A stretch of DNA of 63,199 bases, filler included, from Octopus bimaculoides (lineage: Eukaryota), in NCBI RefSeq assembly GCF_001194135.2. It is 5 parts of 4 records of this genome, joined end to end, with 100 filler letters (N's around TTAATTAATTAA, not from the genome) between each part and the next. Parts side by side here need not be neighbours in the genome. Positions count along the whole stretch, not along the records: positions 39,292 to 63,199 come from NC_068994.1; 4 more parts are not named here. The stretch is one strand, 5' to 3'. Positions 51,805 through 63,199 of this stretch are shown here, one piece after another. The translations under genes and the position numbers were made by a program. Each line of letters starts with the position of its first letter. The first letter of the stretch is position 1. The notes below the pieces were generated by a model. That model saw nothing but the letters and a program-made list of their open reading frames with translations. It was not told the origin of the DNA and did not search any database.

Positions 51805-52069
51805 NNNNNNNNNNNNNNNNNNNNNNNNNNNNNNNNNNNNNNNNNNNNNNNNNNNNNNNNNNNNNNNNNNNNNNNNNNNNNNNNNNNNNNNNNNNNNNNN
51901 NNNNNNNNNNNNNNNNNNNNNNNNNNNNNNNNNNNNNNNNNNNNNNNNNNNNNNNNNNNNNNNNNNNNNNNNNNNNNNNNNNNNNNNNNNNNNNNNNNNN
52001 NNNNNNNNNNNNNNNNNNNNNNNNNNNNNNNNNNNNNNNNNNNNNNNNNNNNNNNNNNNNNNNNNNNNN

Positions 52070-52111
<42 letters not shown>

Positions 52112-52609
52112 TGCACACATGTACACATACACACTTTGAGGATAATTGTTCCTTTGCATTGTGAAGATGTGTAATGCAAATGAAGCTTTGCGAAGAGAAA
52201 TCGTGATGTAAATAAGTAAATATATAAAACTACAAATAAATAAATGCATAAATAAATAAACAAGAGGATAAACAGAAAATCAAACACCAAAATAAAAAAA
52301 AAATTCTTCAAAAATAATTTAAATAAATGAATAAGAAAAAAATCTCAAAAATTCATACATATAAATTTAGAAAAGTTACATAAAATAAAATTTATGATGT
52401 AATAAAAATGATGAAGTATAAAGATATATAAATGTATATAAACCAATTAATTAAATACAACAATTAATTAAAATTCATATAAACGCGTGAAAGAAATACC
52501 TAAGCTAATTCAATGAAACAAAACTAACGAAAGAGGCGGCCATTATCGGAGTGAATTGTTGATGGATGGAGTTTCAGAAGGAAATGATGATGTGAGAGTA
52601 GAAGTGATA

Positions 52610-52765
<156 letters not shown>

Positions 52766-52961
52766 AGAGAGGGTGATATATATATATGTACTGAGAGAGA
52801 AAAAGACAGATAGACATGGAGAAGAAGTAGAGAGAAAGACACATATATACAGAGAGAGTAAGAGAAAGACTGAGGGAGAGGGAAAAAAGAGACGGAAATT
52901 CGTATATACATAAATATGTATGTATGCACGCATGCATATATAGTGTGTGGAAGATAGGGAA

Positions 52962-53029
<68 letters not shown>

Positions 53030-53822
53030 NNNNNNNNNNNNNNNNNNNNNNNNNNNNNNNNNNNNNNNNNNNNNNNNNNNNNNNNNNNNNNNNNNNNNNN
53101 NNNNNNNNNNNNNNNNNNNNNNNNNNNNNNNNNNNNNNNNNNNNNNNNNNNNNNNNNNNNNNNNNNNNNNNNNNNNNNNNNNNNNNNNNNNNNNNNNNNN
53201 NNNNNNNNNNNNNNNNNNNNNNNNNNNNNNNNNNNNNNNNNNNNNNNNNNNNNNNNNNNNNNNNNNNNNNNNNNNNNNNNNNNNNNNNNNNNNNNNNNNN
53301 NNNNNNNNNNNNNNNNNNNNNNNNNNNNNNNNNNNNNNNNNNNNNNNNNNNNNNNNNNNNNNNNNNNNNNNNNNNNNNNNNNNNNNNNNNNNNNNNNNNN
53401 NNNNNNNNNNNNNNNNNNNNNNNNNNNNNNNNNNNNNNNNNNNNNNNNNNNNNNNNNNNNNNNNNNNNNNNNNNNNNNNNNNNNNNNNNNNNNNNNNNNN
53501 NNNNNNNNNNNNNNNNNNNNNNNNNNNNNNNNNNNNNNNNNNNNNNNNNNNNNNNNNNNNNNNNNNNNNNNNNNNNNNNNNNNNNNNNNNNNNNNNNNNN
53601 NNNNNNNNNNNNNNNNNNNNNNNNNNNNNNNNNNNNNNNNNNNNNNNNNNNNNNNNNNNNNNNNNNNNNNNNNNNNNNNNNNNNNNNNNNNNNNNNNNNN
53701 NNNNNNNNNNNNNNNNNNNNNNNNNNNNNNNNNNNNNNNNNNNNNNNNNNNNNNNNNNNNNNNNNNNNNNNNNNNNNNNNNNNNNNNNNNNNNNNNNNNN
53801 NNNNNNNNNNNNNNNNNNNNNN

Positions 53823-53854
<32 letters not shown>

Positions 53855-53949
53855 TCTCTCTCTCCCCTTTCTTTCTCTATCTCTATATATATGTACAGAT
53901 ATATAATGTATGTATATATATGCATATGTATAGAATGGAATATATTTGC

Positions 53950-55243
53950 TGGATACAATGATGATAGCTGGTGATAATAAAAATGCTTGTAGTGTTAGTG
54001 GTGGTGATATTAGTGTTGGTGATGGTGGTGAGAGTGATGCTGGTGTGATAATGGTTCTCGATGAAGATGGTATGATGAAGGAGGTTCTTGACGATTGTTT
54101 CCTAAGAAAGATCATTGTGATGAATGCCATGATGGCATGCTTCTATTGGTGGAGATGGAGGGTGGTGTTCATTGTTTGATGGTGGCAGTGGAACCATGAT
54201 GTTGCTCATGGTGCCATTGGTTTTGACAGAACAGTGGTGATGGCAGTAGTAGTTGTGATGGTGCTGGGGGTTAATGTGATGTTGGTAGTATTGATGGTTA
54301 GGTGTTAGTATTGATCATTGGTTGTAATGGTTGTAGTGGTGTTGAGGGTGGTTGTAGAAGTGTCTACGACGACGATGGTGTCCTAGACGTCTTGCCGCTT
54401 CAGCCATGACTATTTCGTCTCTTTAATCACATCCAAGACCACATTACCCGCTGTGCCCTTTTGTTATTTAAGATGGCAGAGTGTGAGTGGAGGAAATTTG
54501 GTGGCTATTTCTCTCAGGTCGAGCGATTACGTAAAGGTTCCTTCGTTAACAGCTGGGGCGACGATGCTGTCGATGATGGTGATGATGGAGATGGAGTGTT
54601 TGGTGGTGGGTCGGCTGTAGTGATGTAGGGTGTGTGTATGCGTGTGTGTGTGTGCGCGTGTGTGTGGGTGAAAGAGGGAGAGAGGATTCATTTGGTGGTG
54701 GTTGTGGTGGTGGTGGTGATGGAGATGATGGTTTGGTTAGCGATTACATTACCGTTTGTAGTTATCTTAGTTGTAATGACGACGACAACGACATCGACGA
54801 CGATGATGATGATGATGATGAAGATGATGATGATGGTGTGTTAATACTATTGTTGTTGTTTTGGTTCTTGTTTGGTTCTATTGTTGTTGTTTTGGTTCTT
54901 GTTGTGTCACTCTAAGTCGTCTCTGATCAAAAAGACCATGTTTTGTTAGCATTGTCAGATGTGCACATCCTTTTTGAACGTCAGGGTTTGGCTGCTGTTT
55001 CTAGCAGCGAACACCATCCTCGTTGGTGTTGCCACTGGGATTGATTGTAATGCTGGGGCATCGAAATAGAGGTGGGAGCAATAATTAGCGGAGCTGACAG
55101 TGATGACCACGACGGCGACGACGACGATGATGACGATAATGATGAAGACAACACAGAGAGTGCGATGGGGATAATGACATTCATGAAATGAATGGCGATG
55201 ATACGATGATGACGATGACGACGACGACGACGACGACGATGAC

Positions 55244-55281
<38 letters not shown>

Positions 55282-55500
55282 CGTCGGCGGCGATGACGAC
55301 GACGATGACGACAACAATGATGATGATGATAATCATGATGATGAATTTAATAATAATTACGATATTAATAATAGCGATGATAAAAATGATAAAAGTAACA
55401 TAAAAATAATTATCTCTAAGAAAAAGATAATTATAATAATTAACCTAAGTATGATAACAACAGCAGTAGCAGCAGTAGGAACAACAACAACAACAACAAT
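53950..55500. repeat. Low-complexity (GGT/GAT/GAC)n-rich tract
   Basis: Degenerate trinucleotide repeats; explains the poly-D/V/M ORFs. Confidence 0.8.
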
Positions 55501-56189
55501 TACAATTTTTTCTAATATTAATTATCGTTAATATAATCATAATGATCGTCATCCTTAACATTTGAATATTATCACGTTAAGAGTACTCGGCATTCGTACT
55601 TTAGTCCTCCAGTCCTTTGTTTAGCTCTAAAGTGAGTACAAATATATTGTTTTTTTTTTATTTCATAGATAGTATTTTAGGCAGAATTTGGACATTTCCT
55701 GGGAGTGCCGTTTTTTGCATTTCATCTATAAACGTTATTTCCTGGACGATTCTTTAAGCTTTTTTTTTGTTAGCTGATTCCTACGCATCTCTTGGGATTC
55801 CTCTGATGACTGGAAGCAATCTTGCGTTTGTATTCCACTAAATAGATACACACTGAAGTGAGCTGCCAGGGTTTGGTAGGGTGTTTATTCTGCAAAACTG
55901 TGACTAGGCTTGGAGATACAGGCGCAGCAAAGAGGTAGGCTGGTGGTGGGAGGGGTACAAATTCCATTACTGAAGCTGCAGGGACGGTCACATGATGAGT
56001 TTGGACAAAGAAGAGCAGATCGGTAGTTTGCTGCTTCTGGGATGCAAGCTGGGAATTAATCAATCCTGGCTGGGTTAACTGGATGACAGAACCCCGATGT
56101 TGAAAGACCGAAATCCACTGAGATCTCATAAACATCACTGATGACGCATCCCAGAGCATCCGTGAGATGTACCATGGAACTATATTTCA

Positions 56190-57070
56190 CATGTAGACCT
56201 ATATTGTCTACGTTCAACTATAGTCTTTATTTCAATGTTCAGATCTTTATATCTGGAGAGATTTTCAATTTCCTTTACAGAGACGTTATCATCATTTGAA
56301 CGAACCAAACAGTTACTATACAAGACCTGGATCTTTTGTCGTTCTTTTAATGATGGTTCACTTTTAAATTCCTGCTTCTTTATACTCTCATGTCTCAAAG
56401 AATCACGCCATTTTCATATTCTCTCACTGCATCTGGGACATGTTTTGTAAGATTTTTCTGCAGCCGAGGCCTTCCTTAATTTATTTTTCATATTTTCCAA
56501 GTGAAATTTATAGCAATCCTATCACATTTGATATATTGTAAAATGGCTAATGAAGAGCAGCCAGCTAGTATGGGGCGGATGGTTCAAGTTTTTACACCTG
56601 GAGTGCTTTCCAGCCTGCTTTACAAATTTGTATTACGATTTGCACAAGCCATACAGTGTACAAGATCTTGTCTTTCATAATAATAGTTTCTTTTTAAATT
56701 ATTGTCTTGCTATATTTCCATAGATGCACACCAAACTGCGGTGATTAAAACATAAACGTGTACATTTATACTTAACTCGTTCGTATACATCCAAAACGTG
56801 GGAGGACATGGAAAGGACACGTGTTCTATATCACAAATATCACATTTTCATAGTCTTTCATTGTCTCTGGAACACGTTTCATAACATTTTTATGCTGCCG
56901 AGGATTTTATCTCTTTTCATATCTTTCAATCAAAATTTGTAGCAACCCTTCCACATTTCCTGATTTACTCTATCACAGCCAATGTGAGGCAGCCAGCTGC
57001 AATATGGCAGACGGTTTCATTAAACAGAGCACACACACAAAATTCCAGCTTGATATTCTGAGGCAGAATA
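56190..57070 (-). mobile_element. Two tandem degenerate R4-type zinc-knuckle/RLE fragments
   Basis: Copy 1 NETVCHIAAGCLTLA (about 56980-57022); copy 2 ILAGCSSLA...KHVPDAVREYENGVIL...DNVSVKEIENLSRYKDLNIEIK (56590-56220). Confidence 0.75.
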
Positions 57071-57814
57071 CGCCTCGGGAAAGGTCTAATGTTGAGACGC
57101 TGGTTCTAATGATCGGGATTTCAGGCACCTTTTCAAATGAGATCGTTAGAGCCAGTCCTGGTTCTGTTGTTTGTACTAATAATCTGGTTAATTTAAACGT
57201 CTTAAATTTTTTTCCTGAATCGTATTTCCATTTCTAAGCTGCTTTCGTTTTCCCGATTGCTTTTTATTTTAATCCTTCCTTCAATGCTTTAATTCTCTAA
57301 ATTCTTTTATTGTATCTGTGCTTAGTGCATTGTATGTGCTTTTGCTGCTGGTAAGTATTTGTGGATTTTAAAGAATTTTTGTGAATTTATTTATTTGTGC
57401 CTTTTGAAGAATTCCCGCTAAATTATTTGTGCTTTGTGAAGAAATGTATGCTAAATTCATTTGTGCTTCTTTGTATAGCTAAATGAGACTATCTTTTCCT
57501 CTCTTTTTTTTTGTTGAGGATATTTACAATATCGTATAAGAGCATAATATCCTTATTTTGTTTTAGAATCCAGTATCTTATCTAATCTATTCAGTTTTAA
57601 AGACCACTTTATAGAGTCTATATTCTTCCTTCGAATATTCGCTCGGGATGTGTTAGTTTTTCGGTTAATAGCTAAATTAGGTGATATTTCCAAAGCTTAT
57701 GGATTTTCTTGTTTTTCGTTTTCATAATTATTTGCCTTGCTGTATTTGTTCCGGTTCTTTATGTTTTGACTAAAAAATCCTGCCGAGATCATTTTCTCTT
57801 TCATCCTTTCGGAG

Positions 57815-58292
57815 TCGAGAAAGTAACCATACTCTGGGATATGCCAATACACGCAGATAGAGAAATTAAGGCCAATAGGCCAGATATAGTCGTCAGAGAT
57901 CATGAAGAAAAAAAATGCTTTCTAATTGATGTATCAATACCAGCAGATGACAACGTTTCTCTAAATTAAATGAAGAAACTTTCAAAATACGAAGACCTGG
58001 AAATAGAGGTAACTCGAATGTGGAATCTAAAAACAGAAACAATTCCTATCATAGTAGGCGCATTGGGTATGATAAAAGAAATATTCAGACAAATACATAA
58101 CAAAAACACCAGCACTTACAAATATATATAACAGACCGAAAATTGCACTACTGGGCACTGCACACATCCTACGCAAAACACTTTCAATACAGTAACCATA
58201 GGAGCATCACTGCAAACCACAGCACATACCCAAGGCACACAGAGCTGCGCTCGGTAGTGAAGTGAAAGCACGTTATAAAAATAAAACTACTG
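57815..58292 (+). mobile_element. R4/Dong-type LINE 3' end (restriction-like endonuclease plus 3'UTR)
   Basis: KVTILWDMPIHADREIKANRPDIVV...FLIDVSIPADDNV..KLSKYEDLEIE...PIIVGALG...ALLGTAHILRKTLS; followed by an (AAC/AAT)n tail. Confidence 0.9.
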
Positions 58293-58338
58293 AACAACAA
58301 CAACAACAACAACAATAATAATAATAATAATAATAATG

Positions 58339-58372
<34 letters not shown>

Positions 58373-58380
58373 TAATAATG

Positions 58381-58850
58381 AGCAAATCCAAGAAGGAGTC
58401 ACCGAAAATGAAGATTGTAAAATCCTGTGGGATGTAATGATTCAGTGGGATCACCTGACCAGATATCGGAAAGCAGGCATTATTGTGGTGAATAAAAAAG
58501 AAAGAACTTGCATGATAATCGACACAGCATGTTCCGGTCACAACAGGATCAAAATGGAAGAAGAAAAATGAACAGCTACGACGATTTGAAGTGGGAAATA
58601 CGAAGGTTGTGATCAACTAGGCGAGTAGAGGTGATAATAATAGTAATTGGTCCACTTGGAAGTATAAGCACTCGACTACCAACATGGCTCAAAAAGATTG
58701 GTACAAATGTAAGGATAGAACACCTACAAACATCAGCGTTGCTTGGAACTGCAATAATTCTTCGCAGGGTTCTAGAAGCAGGACCAGTAAACAAGTGTCA
58801 CCTTAGTCTGCTGGCTGTGGACAGCTGACACTTTTCATCATACCCAGCAA
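58381..58850 (+). mobile_element. Second R4/Dong-type LINE 3' end, different subfamily
   Basis: GVTENEDCKILWDVMIQ...YDDLKWEIRRL...VIGPLG...LQTSALLGTAIILRRVLE; different 3'UTR; (AAT)n on both sides. Confidence 0.88.
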
Positions 58851-58871
58851 ATAATAATAATAATAATATCA

Positions 58872-58970
58872 TCGAGGTCGATAAGTTAAGTGCCAGTAAA
58901 ACACTGGGGTCAATGTAATCGAATTGACCCCTCCCATAAAATTTCAGGCCTTGTGCCTTTAGTAAAAATG
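58872..58970 (+). mobile_element. SINE family D, 3' part
   Basis: GAGGTCGATAAGTTAAGTGCCAG...AAAATTTCAGGCCTTGTGCCTTTAGTA. Confidence 0.85.
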
Positions 58971-59229
58971 ATTATATTCTTATTATTTATCTCTCAAAAA
59001 TTTTAGTTTACCACAATGAATTTGTAGCTCGCTTGCCACTACAACTGCTAGGACGTTAATTGCAGCCATTTTGTTTTTCGAAATGAATCTTATTTTTTTT
59101 TTTTTTTACTGAATCTATTTTCCGAGTTGATTTTATTTTTATAATGAAGATAATAATTATAAATCAATAATTAAATATAATGATATCAAGTAATTAGAAC
59201 ATTTGTCGTTTAAAAAAGCTCCCAGAATT

Positions 59230-59560
59230 ACAAAAAAAACCCCACCAAACCCACCGTCACCTCTTCCACAACAGCAACATCAGCTACTACTACTTCTACT
59301 ACTATTACTACTACAGCCACAAAAATAATCAATGCCACCCCCACCACAACCACTACCTCCACCACCATTACCACCATTACAACAACTAACTCAACAACAA
59401 ACAATACTGCACCAACACTACCACCATCACCATCATAACTAACGTCATCATCACTATTACCACCACCACCACCACCACTACCACTACCACTACCATCAAC
59501 ACGACGACGACGATGACCACGACCATCACCACCACGACCACAACGACCACCACCATTTTG
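59230..59560. repeat. Low-complexity (ACC/ACT/ACG)n tract
   Basis: Directly visible. Confidence 0.85.
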
Positions 59561-59674
59561 TTTACGTCTTGTGACGTCCTGTACCCATATATGCATACCT
59601 ACATACATATATATGCATGTATGTGCATATATGTATGTATATATGCATATGTATACATACATACATACATACAT

Positions 59675-59737
<63 letters not shown>

Positions 59738-59808
59738 GACTCAGATGAATTAGGTATTGGAGTTGAGGCACCAGAATTTAGTACGGTATAATCCATACAA
59801 TTTCAAAA

Positions 59809-59879
<71 letters not shown>

Positions 59880-60115
59880 ATGAGATTTATTAATGAGGGT
59901 AAAAATTGATATTAATCAATTAAAACCAGTGGTCTAGCATATTGAAACAATCCGAAGATTAAAATTATATCACATACAAAAATAAGAGGAATGACCAGCA
60001 AAAGTGGACTCCTATATGCTAGAAATAGATGCCGAATCATCTAACCACGAAAAAANNNNNNNNNNCACTTTTGCTGGTCATCCCTCTTATTTTTGTATCT
60101 ATATGAGTGTATGTA

Positions 60116-60163
<48 letters not shown>

Positions 60164-60164
60164 T

Positions 60165-60315
60165 GTGTTTGCCACCGCTTGACATCCGGTGTTGATTTGC
60201 TTACGTGTCCGTAACTTAGCGGTTTGGTGAAAGAGTCAATACTAAGCTTTAAAAATACATTACAGGTGTCGATTTGTTCGACTAAAACCCTTCACAGAGG
60301 TGCACCAGAAATGAT
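60165..60315 (+). mobile_element. SINE-like family C
   Basis: CCGCTTGACATCCGGTGTTG...CCGTAACTTAGCGGTTTGG...GACTAAAACCCTTCACAGAGGTGCACCAG. Confidence 0.8.
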
Positions 60316-60817
60316 ACAGATAATATATACACATACGTGTGAGTGTGTGACTACGCACGCACGCACGCACACACACACACACACATACATTTCTCGATCG
60401 ATACTCCAATCGAAAACAGACGGTTTGTGTCTAGTTCTCAACCTCGTCCCAGTGACCAACTGCTTCCTCTCAAGGAAAAATCAATATTTGTAAATTTACT
60501 GGTTTCGGTGGATATAAGCAGGTGGTTTACTTTAAGGAGGAAAATTAATTAATTAATTAATTAATTAAGGTAATTTTCTGTTTTAATTATAGAAAATGTG
60601 AAATTAAACACCTGCATATTTAATTGAGTTAACAATTTGTTAAATAACAAGTTAAGGTTAAGACTGATCAATTACAGGCTCACAATAACTAAAAAATAAC
60701 AATAGGCTCATGATGGCTAGTAATAATAATCATAGGTTTGTTATAACCAATATTAACAGCAACAGCTTTGTAATAACCAATAATAACAACAGGTTTGCAA
60801 TAACTCATAGTAATAAT

Positions 60818-61025
60818 TTCTACTACAGTCACAAGGCCTGAATTTTTGAGGAAGTGAGATAGTAGATTATATCGATCCCTTTGCTCAATTTGTATTTGTT
60901 TTATCGACACCGAAAGGATGAATGGCAAAATCGATCTTAGTGGAATTTGAATTCAGAACGAGAAGAGGGACGAAATGCCGTTAAGTGTGTTGTCCGGCGT
61001 GCTAACAATTCTGCCAGCTCACCGT
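60818..61025 (-). mobile_element. SINE family D
   Basis: CACAAGGCCTGAATTTTT...GCTAACAATTCTGCCAGCTCACCG. Confidence 0.88.
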
Positions 61026-61431
61026 GTAATAAGGTTTATAATAAGCTTCGACATGTTTTGTGTATCGGTTCATACAACTTAATTTCATTTCGCTTTTGTG
61101 GGTTTTTTTTTTTCAACGATAGAGTCTGGAGGAAAAAAGGCAATGCCCATAGCTTCTGTAAGCCTTGCAGACGACACCCGTAGCACACCTACACGCCGAT
61201 GAACCAAGAAAGGTGTTACTCTTTGGTCGCTCGGTTTGTGAGAAACCGAAGCAAAATTCCTTTAAAACACATTCTACTGTCTTAAAAAAAACGATACATC
61301 GGATATTAATAGTTCTGGGTTTCCAATAAATACAGAAAAAAAAAATGAAATGGTCACGGTTGGAATATCTTTGATCATACATCATCTCTATAAGGACCGA
61401 CCTGGGACTACATAACAATACCAATAATAAT

Positions 61432-61610
61432 CCTTTCTACTAAAGGCACAAGGCCTGAAATTTTGGGGGAGGGGACAAGTCGATTAGAACGACCCCAGTG
61501 TTTCACTGGTACTTAATTTATCGACCCCGAAAAGATGAAAGGCAAAATTGATCTCAGCTGAATTTGAACTTAGAACGTAAAGACGGACAAAATACCGTTA
61601 AGCATTTCGG
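61432..61610 (-). mobile_element. SINE family D (head truncated)
   Basis: CTTTCTACTAAAGGCACAAGGCCTGAAATTTTGGGGGAGGGG...AAATACCGTTAAGCATTTCG. Confidence 0.9.
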
Positions 61611-62569
61611 TCATTTCGAAACGACCCATGATGAAAGGCTCTCTAGTCTAGGCCATTCCATCGATTATCATTATTCAAACACAGTGTCTTTAGTACTAGC
61701 TCGTACTTGGGGGATAGTGTGAATGTAACGGTGAAACGAGCAGAACGAACGAAGTAGGAGAGTTTAACAGGAGTTTGTGTATGTGTGTGTGTGTGTGTGA
61801 GTGTGTGTGTGAGAATATGTGGAATATGTATGAGTGCGAAGCTTGGAGTTTGAAATGAAGTGGGTCGCAAATGTAACGGCTTTTATGTGGAAAAGTGCTG
61901 TTCACAGAAGAAATTTAAAGAAAGCAGTGACGCTTTCTATAGCTTTTGTTAGAAGAAAGAGATCGTACTCCCGATCTTCACAGATCAACCGAGACTATTC
62001 AGATTAACATAGTTGGTGTTTAACTAGAAAATCAGTAAAGATCCGTCTGGTTAGGGGCCTGAATGTTCTGCTGCAATGTGGGAGGTCAGAGAGCGTAAAG
62101 AGCGTTTGAGACACGATGGTATCGCTGACTACGTGATAGTGATCTTGTGGAAGTTGCGGTGGTAAGTTAAGGCCTTTTAGTTGGCGTCGTTTGTGGGGTG
62201 GCTTGCTCCTAGTGCTACCGTTGGTATTTCTTTTATTGGAAAGCTGCAAAGCACGCAGCAGAAAGCGAAATATTTGTAGGCTTTGTCGGTTTTTGCAAAG
62301 GAGGTAAAGTGAAGGTACATAAGGGAACAAAATCTGTCACGCTCGGTAAGTGATGTGAGGAATATGATTGGAAAATTGTGAAGTGCATTTGCTGTTAATG
62401 TTTTGTCAGTAGAGAACTGGAGGAAATCGAATGAGATGAGTTGAAAACCCGATCACAACTAACAGCAACATTATTTCTGCTTATGGATATTAACAGTTCT
62501 AATGGCAACACTAGCATAAGATACTTGCAGAGCGCCTAAACCACCGACACCAAGCCCCGAAAAACCACA

Positions 62570-63199
62570 ATCATCCAAAATAGCATAAAAAAGAAAAAAA
62601 TGCCGCCGCCGCCGCCGCCGCTGCCACCACCACCACCACCACCACCACCACCACCACCATCACCACCACTGTCAATAACATCAAACTTGCCATGACCACT
62701 ACTTTATACAGAACCAAACCTTCCCCTTCAAGCAACACTTCTACCACTACCATCATCCCTATCGCTACCACTACTACCACCAACACTACCAGTACCAAAA
62801 TCACTACTAAGCTCAGCTACAAACACCAACACTGCCACCACTGTCACCTTCACCTTTACCATTAACTCTAATGTTATTAACATCACACCTGTCGCAACTG
62901 GCGTTATTAAAATACGGACTCTCTTGTCCGAATACCACCATCAATACCAGTATGACCAACACCGCCACAACCAACATTAGCAACAGCACACAACCATAAA
63001 CACCGCTTCAACTAACCCACCGAAAGTAATCTCCCAACCACCACCACCACCACCACCCTTTATCAAGACCATTTCCATCATGCCCATCGCCACAGTACCC
63101 CATCACTAACCCCACCCTCACCTATACTGCCACTACGGACTTGACTTTCACAACGTCACTCTCCAGACGAAGCTCTATCGGCACATCATCATCAATACC
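62570..63199. repeat. Low-complexity (GCC/ACC/ACT)n tract
   Basis: Directly visible. Confidence 0.8.

Overview
Repeat-saturated animal genomic scaffold. It is AT-rich, about 8% N-gaps, and extremely dense in microsatellites. The repeat content is most consistent with an octopus/coleoid cephalopod draft assembly; this is inferred from the SINE types and (TA)n/(TATG)n/(AAT)n density, not proven. No complete protein-coding gene is recognisable. Almost all ORFs in the supplied track are microsatellite or N-gap artefacts. Supported content: dozens of copies of about 6 SINE-like families (labels A-H are mine); decayed LINE pieces (RTE clade, Expander/Rex3-like, R4/Dong-like RT and restriction-like endonuclease); Tc1/mariner, Tigger/pogo and Helitron remnants; and several MITE/fold-back elements. 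There is also a tentative chain of small minus-strand exons encoding a hydrophobic protein I cannot identify. The most interesting signal is a set of minimal type-I hammerhead ribozyme motifs in short, unrelated repeats: two with an intact catalytic core (15989-16034, 23585-23631) and two with single core substitutions (17512-17590, 8375-8430). Other points of interest are a head-to-tail RTE junction and a fold-back element with inward-facing telomeric repeats. Coordinates of decayed repeats are approximate (about +/-10-20 bp).
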